A DNA stretch of 64,000 nucleotides, from NCBI RefSeq assembly GCF_009914755.1, contig NC_060937.1; one strand, 5' to 3'. Positions 14,060 through 27,480 of the stretch are shown in pieces. The position numbers and the translations under genes are program-made. Position 1 is the first letter of the stretch; each line of letters begins with the position of its first letter. Under the pieces are notes generated by a model. That model did not search any database. It worked only from the letters and a program-made list of their open reading frames with translations, and was not told the origin of the DNA. Origin of the DNA: the human T2T-CHM13v2.0 reference genome, Homo sapiens.

Positions 14060-14230
14060 CAGCAACATTTATCCATTGAGCCTTTCTTGCCTGCCAGCCC
14101 TGGTGCTAAGCTTCACGTTCATTTAATCCTCACAACAATCCTGGAAGGTATGTATTAGAATCTCCATTTGTAGATGAGTAGCAGTATTTTAAAGTTTGGA
14201 GAATAGCCCGGAAGGTCACAGTATTGTTGG
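14060..14230 (-). mobile_element. MIR SINE
   Basis: TCATTTAATCCTCACAACAATCCT...CTCCATTTGTAGATGAG...AAGGTCACAG. Confidence 0.7.
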
Positions 14231-14359
14231 AACTGAGCTCATGCATTGGAGATTATGGAATGATTTGATCAGTGTTACTCTGCTTCCTTCGTTGTCTCCA
14301 AGCTCTGATGGAAAAAGTTGCAGACCATCTTAGTCACTACCTGGGCAAGCTTTTCTTTT

Positions 14360-14804
14360 TTTTCTTTTTGTTGTTTTATTTCAATAGCTTTTGGGGTCCG
14401 TGTGTTTTTTTGTTATATGGATGAATTATATAACGGTGAAATCTGAGATTTTAGTGCACTCATCACTTGAGTAGTGTACATTGTACCTAATGTGTAGTTT
14501 TTATCCCTAGCCCTCCTCCCATCCTCTCCTTTCTGAGTCTCTAAAGTCCATAATATCACTCTGTTTGTCTCTGCATACTCATAGCTTAGCTCCCACTTGT
14601 GAGAGCTAAGTGAGAACATATGGTTTTGGTTTTCCATTCCTGTGTTACTTCACTTAGAATAATGGCCTCCAGCTCCATCTGAGTTGCTGCAAAAGACATT
14701 ATTTCATTCCTTTTAAAGGCTGAGTAGTATTCTGTGGTGTGTATATACCACATTTTCTTTATACACTCATTAGTCGATGGGCATTTAGGTTGGTTCCACA
14801 TTTT
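14360..14804 (-). mobile_element. 5'-truncated L1PB-like element with TSD
   Basis: Antisense L1PB 3'UTR; TSD TGGGCAAGCTTTTCTTTT (14342-14359) and TGGGTAAGCTTTTCTTTT (14805-14822). Confidence 0.9.
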
Positions 14805-15804
14805 TGGGTAAGCTTTTCTTTCATAACATACATCTATTTGGTCATTTACTTTTAGTTTTGCCATTCAGGGTGACAGAGATATTTTAGATGCTCTGATTAT
14901 GTTAAAGAATAAACCCCAAGAAAGGTGTTTATTGAAATGCAGTTAGTTTATCCAGACATATTCCTGGTTCTTAAGCATGTTTCCTTGTTCAAGTTCAACC
15001 GTTTCAGTTTGGTTTCCTGCTAAACTTGGAGGAATCAACTATTCTCTTAGAGTAAGGATTTTGCTTCTTGTCTCTGAAATGATGGACTTGAGTGCCCTGT
15101 GAGACATAAATTGCCAACATGCATCCTGGCGTCCTGGAGTGAGGTTTAGAGGGGAGTGGTAAGACTGTCCTAGAGTAGTTTCAGTGGAAATGTCTTTCTC
15201 TCTCCTCCACCCTCTCGCTATCGTGTTTTCTCTCTCTCTGCATTGTATGTTGAGGAGCACCAATCCCATTAGTAATAAAAATCAATTGCACTGAAAACAG
15301 CTGTGGTCAGAATAACTCGAAGGAACCATTCTTCAAAACCCACCGCTGCATGTCAAACCCCAGACTTCACAAACAGGGCAGTAGTTTGATCTTAAATTAT
15401 TTGAATTTACCTTATATTCTTTGGCTGTAAATAAATAAAAAGCCCCTTTCTTCCTAAATTTAAATCAGAACTGTTACTGAGTTAATTTAAGAAATTTGCT
15501 CAAGCTAATTTGCAGTCATTAATTTCATGCAGATTTTTAGTGCTTTGTAAAAACTGCCCATGAAGAAAATCCACAGACAGATATTCTGGGTAAGTGCAGA
15601 GACATTAGGTTTCAAACAGCGGGCATGGGCATAGGCACACCTTTTAATTACACTGAACTTATGATGGGTCAACATTTCAAGGTTGATCTGAATCGTGCGT
15701 TACCTTGAGCACTGTCATCACACTCAGGGCAATCACTGACCTTGAAGGAAAACAGTTAATAATGAATAGCAACTCAGCAATTGGTCATGTCACAAGATAA
15801 CTGG

Positions 15805-15874
15805 GAGAGAGAGGGAGGAGAAAGAGAGAGAGAGAGAGAGACGGAGAGACAGAGAGACAGAGAGAGAGAGAGAG
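15805..15874. repeat. (GA)n / GAGACA purine microsatellite
   Basis: Read directly. Confidence 0.95.
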
Positions 15875-18468
15875 TTAAAAACATGAAGCTAATGATTCCT
15901 TGGGCTTTGTGTTCTTTTTCCAAGATACAGTGAACATGCACTCAGCCATCCATCCATATTTTCTTTCCAACTTCCCTCCAGCTGTATTTAGGAACCCTGT
16001 GTCTGGCTGTGTCTTTTGTTTTGTGACCTAAACTGGCTTGTATGGGAATAAAACTTGCCAGCCTTCTTCCTTGTGCATGTTAGAGAATGAGTATTGGTTG
16101 AATGGATTTTACCCTCATCTCGTTAGGATTATGCTCCAAGAAGTGTGAGTTAGTTGCATCACAACTCAGAAACTCAAAACTCTTAAAAACTCATAATTTT
16201 TCCTCTTTTTCTTTTTAAAAATTCCTTAAAATAAAAACCTCTCCTTACTTTCTCTAGGATGAGGAAATCATCCTTAACATAGAAAGATAATTATTCCACA
16301 TTATTATTATTTTTATATTCTTTTCCTCATCTTCTTTGTGGTGGTACCACATTTTTTTCTTAAAGCACAAAATAATTTTTTTCAGCCTCATGCTAGTACT
16401 GAGACGTACCTGTTGTTAAGACGATCGGTTACAAAGCATGTTCTTAAATAAAGTACCTGTCTTTGGAAAGCAAGCCCCCCAGTATGGACTGAGTGGGGTG
16501 AGCAACGAAGGCAAGGTGGAGGCACAGATCACCTGTGCACCTCAGGTGTGGTCTCTTCCAGGCACCCCCCACCTACTATCCCGTCTCTGTCCTTCTGTCC
16601 ACTGAAAAGTGCCTGTGACAGCTCACTGAATTCCAGCCTCACCTCCCTGACAGGGCATCTGCGAACAGAGACTTGTAAGAATTCCTGCCAAGTAAGCTGC
16701 AGAATGCAAAGTGGTATATGAATATGTAATAGCAGCCATTATCAGTTGATCCCCCTGTCTTTGGAAAGAATCATTTCATTCATTGTGGAGAGAAGGAGGG
16801 GCAATTTGAAATGGCCTGAGGTAAGTGGCATTTCATATATTGCCAATCAAATTAACCTTGAACCTTTCTCTGCTACTTAGAATTCCTGTTCTTTTTCTTC
16901 TTTCTCCATCATTGAGAATTAAGATGATGTGTATAAAACCACTTTTCTCTCTGCAATACTGCACTTCATCTTCCCCTCCCTCCCCAGGGAGGAGGGAGAG
17001 GAACAGTTCTGTGCATCAATCAAACTGACTGAGACTTACAGTGGAGAAAAGTGAGACTCTGTCACCGAATGCAGGAGATACAATGGTGTCTCCGATGCAA
17101 CCCAGTAATTGCTTCTCCCAAACTCCCCTTCCCTCCAGCACTGGATTCGCAAATGCAGCTTGATCTGAGTCAGGCTGCGTGAGCCTCAGATCAGAGCTGC
17201 CAAACATGCCCTTATAAAATGTTACAGGAGTGTGGATCTGAGACTCTTTCGTTTCCTGGTTCTCACACGTGGAATTTGGATCTTTGATAGAGTAGGTCTC
17301 TTTGGAGCTCCTGGCTGATTTTCTCTTTATCTGAGCAGAAAGAAAACATTGTAGAAATGTGTGTGGTAGGAGGCTGTTAAATCTGTGCATTTTGTAAATG
17401 AGTATTTAATAATCATGTACCTTTTCAATAAAATCATAGGTACACTCACATATGCACACATGCTGTGAATATATACATTTTTCTTTCGTAACTTGATCTC
17501 CCTGGATACATTAAGCAAATAAGAAATCTACCCTTTTAGACAGGCCATGTCTTACTGCTAAATAGTCATTCTGCTAGTTAGAATGACTATTTTATTTCAA
17601 TTGTGCTCTCCATTTTCTAACCCCCATAATTTTATTTATGCTGTTCCCACCTGGACTGCCTGTCCCTCCCCCTCAACATTTCTGCCATGTATGTAACCTG
17701 ATTCTGTAACCTCAAGACGACACAATTTTAATCCTATCCACTGTTAGGTCTTTGTCTTATACCTGCCTTAATGGAAGTGATTTCTTTCTTTTTTAAAACC
17801 TTAATACACTTCGTAGCTATTTCATGGTACTTACTACATCATATTTTGTATTATATCTATGTGGTTCTTATTTTCCCAATTCTCCGAAATGTTGTGATCT
17901 ATGTAGGCAAGAGCTATGCTTGATATTCATGTGTTTCACACCTAGAGGCAGAAGGATTGAAGAAGGTTTACAAAAGTTTACAGAAAATAAAGGAAATTAA
18001 AAATAAATGAGAAAAATGAGGCCAACAATTTTTCTTTGCAGCTGGACAGTATCTGGAACAGTGCCCTTTAAGAAGAAGGGTGGGGTACTGCGAGTCCCCC
18101 AGGTGGAGGTGGTCTCCAAGCTTCTCTAGTCAGCAGGCAATGGAGCTCCTGGTCAGCAGCTAGAGTTTCGTCAAGTGCACCCAAGCTTGGACAGTAGATT
18201 TTGTTACTTTGTATCCATATTCCACCCAATTTATATTAATAGTTACATCTGAGCAAATAAATATAATATACATTAAAAAATACACTTTTATCTCTAGGAT
18301 CTGTGCCCAGTGAGGTAAAATGAAGTCGGATCCATAAGAGAAAGTGAGAAAGTGAGTCTTGGTCTTGGTATTGGATAAAGTACACTGGCAAGCAAGAGCA
18401 GATTCTTGTTTGGGGGATGGTTGGGCAAATATGTAAAGGCAGTACCAGAAAGAAATTGTGGTATATGT

Positions 18469-18493
18469 GGAGATAGAGATAGAGATGATAGAG

Positions 18494-18547
<54 letters not shown>
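18469..18547. repeat. Compound (GATA)n-(GA)n microsatellite
   Basis: Read directly. Confidence 0.95.
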
Positions 18548-18548
<1 letters not shown>

Positions 18549-18733
18549 CTCTCTGTCAGGTGGAGTAGAAGGGTCAAGTTGAATATTGCTGATAACAGTA
18601 CACTTACTGGATACTCTTACCAAGACTGAGGAATATCAGAATGAAGGAAGTAGATGGAAGGTTTTCTTTAAGGTTATACATGTATTTATTATGTCATTGT
18701 TATTTCCCTCTAAATAATAATACACTAAAAATT

Positions 18734-18860
18734 ACGGTGACCATAAAATTGGTTGTCCAAACTGGAATATTTCTGATAGTGGAAGGTGACACTGTTATTG
18801 ATTCAGGATGGCAGCCACAAGCCAGCCCTTTCCTTGGCAGCCAGGATGTCCAGTCACCTT
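18734..18860. mobile_element. MER94-like hAT-Blackjack MITE
   Basis: Terminal inverted repeats GGTGACC...GTCACC; internal GTCCAAACTGGAATATTTCTGATAGTGGAAGG resembles MER94. Confidence 0.7.
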
Positions 18861-20723
18861 CTTGGTAGTGATTGTCATTTCTGTAGATGTGATCAAAAGA
18901 CCAATGTGACGATTGGATTTTTTTTATACTGAAAATAGTTTAGGTTTATCTTTAATTGTTCACTGAAAAGTCTTTTTTTTTTTTTAACACAGCCTTACAG
19001 AATCACAGCTGGTCATATCTTCCTCCATATATTAGATGCGCTTTCCTATAGTGTTTTCTAGACAACCACAGGATGGTCGAATTCCCTCATGGAGTGCTAT
19101 GGATTTCCTCTGCGTCTTTTTCTCCCTCTTGACTTAGCTAGGACTTCTGTTGTCCTAGTATGCCACATTTCCATTTGGGTGAAGTTGTATTAGGATAGGC
19201 ATTGCTTTAATCTATGGCTGTGCTGTTGATGACTTTCTGCCATTTAAAATTCAGCAGGGCTTGGGGTGATGTTGATTAAACGAACCAAGATGTCAGATGT
19301 GGGGAGAGCCTAGTTTCACTACTCATAAAAAAATTCATAACAACATTGCATTACGATCCATTGGTTTGGTTTGGATACAGTGTGCTATTAAGAGTGGCAA
19401 TGTGAATGGCAGGTATGTCTAATTTAAAAGAAGGTAAAGTTCCCCCTATTCCCCCTAAAGCTTCGTTCACACTGACAAAGAGAAATATAGTGTTGTTTAT
19501 CTAGAAAATTCAGGCTGAAAGCATTTACTACCAAAGACTAAAATTATACTGTCTTGAATGACCTATATTGATGGCTAACATTGATTAAATTCTTTGAATT
19601 ATTGCCTAAACCTTTATTTCATTTATCTAGTGTAGAAAATAATGCAGAGGTGCTCTATAATTGAATGCCTGGCAGTCTGAATAACATTCCTTAAAGGGTT
19701 TCCAGTCTTTTAAAATGTTATCCCCATTTTGGGAGCAGAGAGTTGGAACAATAGTAGTCAAAATTCTAAGGATGTACTTAAAAATTGTGAATGGAACGAT
19801 GTTATCTTAACATTGGAAAGCCAGGTGGGAGTGACTGGAACTCAGGCACTCACTGTTTTTTTGTTGTCTTGGTTGCTTGGGAAAGGGAAGGGAGCCAGCT
19901 GATTTGATGTCTTATGTATCAAGAATGCATAACCATCCACACATAAATAAAAGTTTTACAGTATCTAATAATCTGTAAATGAATACTGATTTACAATGAA
20001 AACAATTATCCCTGTACAAAATGTCTCAATACATTTATTATGGTTGCTTCAGATCAAGGATCAGATCTGATAGCGTAAGAGTTGGGTACGATTTGTCTTC
20101 TCCAGCTGTTCCTGCCTGAATCTGAGCTCCACCAGTCACTGAACATTGGGTGATAATAGACATTCTAGAAATATGTGAAAGGCAGCAGAGAGAAGGGCTT
20201 TGACAGCCTTTCCTTTTACCAGCGGCAAAGACAATGGCTGGCAGGAAGGATCCTTCCCTTTATGCAATTATGTCTTGGGAGCTCCAGCAAAACATAGTGA
20301 TTTTTGTGCTTTCATTTTTAAAAGCCAAAATGCTCTGAACATTTCATGCTTTCTTCATAATCCATTTTCACATTTTCCATTACTCAGAGGAAACGGGAGG
20401 CCTGGGCTTTAGATACAAATAATCAAAAATACTTATTCACTTTTCATATGTTGCTGTTGATGCTTCGTTAATATCGTACAAAGCAAATTCGAGAAGGCTT
20501 CACTAAGGAGAGTGGAAATGGTCTAGGAGATGATGTCAGCTCACAAACAATGTGAAAGAGAAAAGTTTCTGTTTTCAACTGGAGGAAAACTTGGCAAGGA
20601 CTTTATTATCTGGTTAGGACCTAGTCATCTCTTGATTTCCACACCCCTACTTTCAATTCTGTATCAGCTTTGTACAAGGACCAACACCAGAATGGTTATA
20701 TTTTAATTGCTTTTACCTAATGA

Positions 20724-21149
<426 letters not shown>

Positions 21150-21583
21150 AGTCACATAGAACTTTTAACTAATATCATAACAATAAACACAAATAGGATT
21201 TCAATCAATGAAATAAACTTTAATTTGAAATCTGGGTGCTCATTCTCTTGATAAATATTTATCACATTTAAAAAAAATGCACCTAGCTCCTCTGATGAGA
21301 TAGCAAGAGAAAAAACTTGGGACCACTTCCTCAAGGAGCTTAACTCCCAATAAGACAGAAAATTTTGCAAGTCATACATGCCACTATAAGAGAGATATGA
21401 AATTCTACAAGAGAGATACAGTTTAACTTTATGTGATTTTAGACACTATTTCTACTCAGGTGAGCTAGGAGTGATCCATGGAGGAGGAGACATTTAATCT
21501 AACAGTTAAATTGTACTTAGGATTTAGACATTTGAAAATGAGTCAGTTTATGTAATATTTACTTATTATCTAGTTATTATTAC

Positions 21584-22150
21584 TGTTAGTTATCTATTGC
21601 TACGTAACAAATTACCTCCCAAACACAGTGGCTCAAAACAACAAACAGTTACTATTTTGCAGTTTCCATAGGGCAGGAACTTGGGAACAGCTCAGCCAGG
21701 GGTTCTGCTCAGGGCTCTCATGAGGTTGCAGTCAAGTTGTTGGCCAGTGGTCATCTGAAGGCCCGAAGGGGGATGGAGGATCTGCTTCCAAATGGCTTGC
21801 TCTTATGGCTCCTGGCAGGAGGCCTCAATTCTTTGCTGGCTCTTGCCAAGAGGGCTCTGTGGGCAACCATGTGGGCCTCTCCATAGGCTTGCCTGAGCGT
21901 CCTCATGACTTGGCAGCTGGCTTCTCTCAGAGCCAGCAATGAGAGAGAGAAAGAGAAAGAGAATGACAGCAAGCACACAAATAATACGGAGGAGGCAGCA
22001 TCTAGGTTTGAGGGCATTTTACTCACTTCTGCTTCATTCTATTCATTAGAAATGAGCCACTAAGTCCATCCCACATTCAAGAGGAGGGCAATTAGGTCCC
22101 ATCTCTCAAAAGAAAGATAGCAGAGAATTCATGGACATGTTTCTAGAACT
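21584..22150 (-). mobile_element. Old MLT1 (F-K class) solo LTR
   Basis: TGTTAGTTATCTATTGCTACGTAACAAATTACC...GGATCTGCTTCCAAATGGC...TCACTTCTGCTTCATTCTATTCATTAGAAATGAG. Confidence 0.8.
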
Positions 22151-24445
22151 TTGCAGTGGGGCTGGGGAAGATGGGAGAAGAGCATTCAACTTCGGGGAGG
22201 GGCTGGCCATGGCAAAGATCGACACTTGGAGATAAGTGCAGGATGTGCTGGGTAATTCAGTTTTCAGAGCTTCAGGCTGAGATAATAGTGGAAAATAAGA
22301 CAGGAAACACAGAGAGAAGGGATTTAGACTCCATGAGGAAGGGCTGAGAACCGTGCAAGGCTTTTAAGCAGGGTGGAGGGAGGCATAGTCACAGTTGTAT
22401 TTTAGGGCTTAATCAAGCAGCAGGAAGAATCTAGCTTTGGGAATTTGGAAGGAGCAAAAGAGGGGGCCTGTGAGGAGGCTACCGTGGTCAGCAGGGAACG
22501 GACCTGGAAAGAGATAGTTGGAGAATGGCTTCAAAACAAACACTGCTCTTCTTCTTTCCAACTCTACATAATACAAATAGCTATAAAGATGAATACATTT
22601 TTATGTGTCTGACCCAACTGTTAATGGAATCTGCCTGTGTTTTAGATGCTGCACCTCATGGAGCTTTTACTAGGCTGGTGAGCTGAGCTGTAAGCTTGAT
22701 GCACGGCAGCCGTCCTTTCTGTGCTGATTGAGTGCAGTTTGTCCCTTGGATGGCAATTGCACAGAATGCCCACAGGGTACATTCCTAATTGAGTCTGTCT
22801 CTTAACTGTAGGAAGAGCCCGGTGTTATTGCTCAAATAAAACCATCCTAAATTGGAATTGTTCATGGCAAAATTGCCACCCTTTCCTTTCTTCGTTCTCA
22901 ACATCTCCATTACTGAGAATGACATTATTCTTCTACAAGCACTTAAAGTGTTCATTTACTCGCAGTGTATATTCATGTCTTTGCATTTGCAATGTAGAAG
23001 CTTCCTGGGCTTCGTGAAGCTGTCCATTCCTGGCATACTGGCAACACAGGCCACTAAAAAGCCAGGGGCATGGCCAGAGTCGGAATTCCAACACGGACTT
23101 CTTGACCTCCCCATTGTTTCTGTAGGAAATCTGATAACTCCAGGCTGTAGGATTTATTTTCTCTCTCTGAATTTATATGAATTCATGAGTCTGTAAGAGT
23201 TTAGCATGTACCATTTTCCTAATCGTGGGTTGAGCATGGGTTCATTTTCTCATCAACTTGACTGCAAGCTCGCAGAATGTGTAGGCCAGAATCTCGTGCA
23301 TTCTTTTAACTGCAGGTAGGGGGATGGTTCCCTTAATGCCCAGTGCATTAAGGGAACTTACTAAATTCCCAGTCGAACAGCACCATTCAGATGAGACTGG
23401 TCCCCTTTATTATATTAGCCCATCCTCCACACAGGTGTTTTATTCTTTCTCTTCGTACCTCTAAATCCCAGCTGTGGTTGAAAGCCAGGATTAGGATGTA
23501 TAGCACCTGCCCACTCCCCTCTTTATGTAGGCTGCCTTTTTGACCCTATGTAAGGGCTAGATGAAAACTTTAAGTGGCCTTTAATTTCCCCAATGTTCAT
23601 TTGCATCCAATTAATCCAATTTACCTGTGGATAAATTTAAGTGATAATAATGTGATGTTTTGTGAATATTTACGATCCTGAATGTATTGGGTTGTTTCTC
23701 TACACTGTTAATGTTGCCCAGGAGTTAATGCGGTGTGATTCGTTGCCCATTTAGTAGTGCCTCTGGTAATGTCTGAGATGGTTCTTAGGGTGTGCACCAA
23801 GGTTTAGTAATGGAATGATACCTTTTTTTTTTAATATTGCGTTTTTGTTGCTGCTTACTATCAGTGAAATATCCTGAAGCCCTCGGAATATCTTCCAACT
23901 CCTGGAATATCAGTAAATACAAATTGGAGGTGAAGGGATTATGATCTAGGCATACCTTTCTGCCTAGGTAATTTTACAGGTAATTTGTACAGATTATTAT
24001 TTGTACTTATTATTTTGGGAAACTATGAATAATAGTTGTACTCTGAGGGGATCAAATAACCTTCTAGCCCAATTCTTTCACTTTTCCTGTGAGAAGAGTT
24101 GTCTTGCAGAGATGTGGAGTGGTTTCTCAAGGGTGCAGGGCCAATTCCTAGAAGAACATCCGTGACTTATATACTGTTTTCTGGATCCAGTGCTCTGTCC
24201 AATAAAAACACACAGAAGAACCCATTGCTTCTCAAAAAAATCCCTCCAGCCCTCCTCTCCCTAAATCTAACAATCTAATACCAAATGAAACCAAGATAAG
24301 AAATCTGTACTTGTTAATTTCTTTTTCTTTTATCTTCCAAGTCATCAGCTTCTGTAGAAGTGGTGGAACAGTATTGTCTTATTGTAATTCAAATAGCAAA
24401 TATCAATGACCATTTGCTAAGTAATCTTACACAAAAGAAATTACT

Positions 24446-24745
24446 GGCTGGGCACAGTGGCTCACGCCTGCAATCCCAGCACTTTGGGAGGCTGAGGCGG
24501 GTGGATCAGTTGAGGTCACTAGTTTGAGACCCGCCTGGCCAACATGGTGAAACCCCGTCTCTACTAAAAATACGGAAATTAACTGGGCATGGTGGAGTGC
24601 ACCTGTAATCCCAGCTACTCAGGAGGCTGAAGCACGAGAATCACTTGAGCCCAGGAGGCAGATGTTGTTGCAGTGAGCCAAGATTGTGCCACTGTACTCC
24701 AGCCTCAGACCCTGTCTCAAAAAAAAAAAAAAAAAAAAAAAAAAG
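24446..24745 (+). mobile_element. AluS SINE with a small 3' deletion
   Basis: Full dimer with poly-A; CCAGCCT joined directly to CAGACCCTGTCTC (GGGCGACAGAG segment absent). Confidence 0.95.
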
Positions 24746-24982
24746 AAGAAGAGATTGCCTAGATTACCTACACTAATATAGAGAGGAGTAATGAACATAA
24801 GCACTTCAATTATCAGAAACATGGGAATACCTTTCAGGTATAAACACACACAATCGGTTTTCAAAATGTAAGTATTATATTTTGGAGTATGTTGATGTCA
24901 TAACAACATTGTGTTTTTAAAAAGTTAATTCTAGAGGTAGTTGAAAAATCTTTATAGGGATGTGGGCTTTGAGAACATCCTG

Positions 24983-25042
24983 GAAGGAGCAGAAAAAGGA
25001 GGAGGAGGAGGAGAAGAAAAAGGAGGAGGAAGATGAGGAGGG
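24983..25042. repeat. (GGA/GAA)-rich purine tract
   Basis: Read directly. Confidence 0.9.
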
Positions 25043-27025
25043 TATTTGAATGAGGCAAAGGTGGAAGACAAGTATTTCTCAATGTTCAGAGCCACAAGTG
25101 GACAGGCGTGTAGTGTTATTTGGGTTATTTGTAAATAATAACATAACAATATATATTATTTTATTATGCTTTAATAGAGACCATGGTGATGTAAGATTGG
25201 GATGGGTGTATCTGAAAAGGTGGGCAGTAAGTTGGATGTAGTACACAGAGGATTGGAGATGGCTATACTGCCTGACAGTTGAGGGTGGAAATTCCTGAAA
25301 TAGAAACTAATACGTTGGCCATCCTTCTTTAAGAAGGGGCAATCAGATGCTCTAGGAGTGGAAATTCTTGCAGGCTAGAGGAATATGAGTTAGTACCAGT
25401 GGCAGGCAAAAAAGACTATCCCAGTATTGTGAAGAGACACCACGGACTTTAAAGTCAGCAAAGTCGAATATTGCTGAAATCATGGTTTCAGTTGTTTGAC
25501 AAGGAATGCCAAGGCCTGCTAGTCACTGCATCTACCTCTCTAGTGCCCAAAAGAGGGCTGGCACATAGTAGGTGCTCAACAAATATTTATAGAATACATA
25601 GACTAGGTATTTGTGGCAGCATCAGGAAGAATCAGAGAAATCTGATACTATTATGGAGGAGGGAGTGTAAAATTTTCCAATAAGAACAAATACAAAGTCA
25701 AAGGAGAGTCTTCATTTGAAGGTTGTCAAGATGATAGATTTAACCGTGTTTCCCCAGGAGCTGATGATGTTGGAGGGCAATGGGATTGGAGCCTGAATAG
25801 AAAACATCTGGGGATGTGAGGATTGCCCTCAAGCAGTCGTGTTTCCTTTTAGTGTTGGTTCTGGAACTCATTTAGATACTTTGACATTTTTGTGCTTCAG
25901 CAATGTTAGAGCCAAAGACCTTGAGGTCATCTGAAGATTCATTTCCTATGATGCGGCAACCTCTAGCACAGTGTTCACATTCCAAGAAGTGCTTAATATT
26001 TAACATGCTCTGACTTCCTTAATCACCTTTCAATATCAGAATCCTGTGCTTTATCAGATAAGCCTTTTTAGCCTATGGCAGGTGATATTGTTTCATCCAG
26101 TCACAAGGCGTTCAACTCGGATGATGTTGTCTTCAGTGCTGATTCAGGATCTTTCACCAAATTCTCATGTCCTGTCCCTTGCCCAGGAAGGAAGTTAGAG
26201 AAAAGTTGAAAGGTGAATATTGATTTACTATCTCATCCTGAAATTCTGAGATTCAGTCTCTGATAGAGTGGAAGTGGGTCATGTTCTATGGCTAGCTATA
26301 TAACGTTAGAATGTGGCTTTTTGGAGATATTTTTAGCCTCCTTAAAAAACCTTATAAAATACTCTGCTTTAAAAAAAATGTTCTAAGTAATGTGAAAAAC
26401 AGATATCACCACTCTATCCTTGATTCTTAGCCTATTACTGGATATGTCCCCGGGGGTAGGGTAGAGGAGGGGCTCAGGAATGGAGTAGAGCTTGATTTCT
26501 GTTATTCACGTTATTGAGTAAAAAAATTGTGCTTTTAACATTTTGTCATGTTCATTTTTATGCAACTGCATTAATACAGAAGCATTAAAATGCCTTTATC
26601 AAATTGTCTATGTCAGCGTGTTCTGCTTCATCTCCGGAAAAAGAGAGAGACTTTGAAAAAGAGCTTCTTAGAGAAGAAGCTTAGGATATGAAAGGTTCTG
26701 GGACCAGTCTGTAATTTTTGCCATATTTTATGGAGATTCTACGGGTTTCTTTGATCCAGGAACTCATATTCTTGTTACAGCTCATTTGATCACCAGGATG
26801 GTTATGTGCTGTTTATTCAGTCTTGAGCTAGGTTGGTTTCCCTGTCATAAGCAGTCTGGAATACCCACAGGTATCACTTTCTCTATTGCAGAAAGTTTTG
26901 AACTGATCGATGACCTAGCTACATAAAGAAAACCATGCTGCATTAGCAATAAACCATGTCCCCCAGTGTCTTACTGGGATTGGTCTATCATGCGAGTATG
27001 GTTAATAGCACGGTATGACATGTTT

Positions 27026-27151
27026 ACATGATCATTGCGCTCTTACAAATACTATCTAATTTAATGTTGATGGAGCCACTGTAGTGAGCAGTGAGATCTC
27101 TCCACTCAAAACATCTATGCTTGTTAAATTCCACTAATGAAGAATTTCAGA
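27026..27151. repeat. Left arm of a 126-bp long-range inverted repeat
   Basis: Ungapped reverse complement of 28039-28164 at 115/126 positions; 27085-27127 pairs perfectly with 28063-28105. Confidence 0.97.
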
Positions 27152-27299
27152 TCACTGATCAGTTTTCATTTGTAAACAAAACCTGAACTATATCTGATGA
27201 ATACAAAATGATAATTGTCATAATTAGTGTGTTTTATTGCCATCATACATATATAGGAAAGTTGGCAGTGCTTTAATATATCTATTCCATCACTTCAAG

Positions 27300-27477
27300 T
27301 TTTTTTTTTTTTTTTTTTTGAGATGGAGTCTTGCTCTGTCGACCAGGCTGGAGTGCAGTGGCGTGGGGTTTCACCATGTTAGCCAGGATGGCTACCATCT
27401 CCTGACCTCGTGATCCGCCTGCCTGGGCCTCCCAAAGTGCTGGGATTACAGGCGTGAGCCACCACGCCGCGCGGCCC
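27300..27477 (-). mobile_element. AluY/Sc-like element with a ~130-bp internal deletion
   Basis: GGAGTGCAGTGGCG joined directly to TGGGGTTTCACCATGTTAGCCAGGATGG; CpG-rich 5' end. Confidence 0.9.
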
Positions 27478-27480
27478 ACA

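Noticed and set aside
16240-16826. Exon from acceptor CTTTCTCTAG (16259) to donor GAG|GTAAGT (16820)
   Set aside because: About 560 nt, with stop codons and no open frame; isolated splice-like motifs are common in introns
20060-20071. 12-bp palindrome ATCAGATCTGAT
   Set aside because: Many 6-bp-arm palindromes are expected by chance in 64 kb
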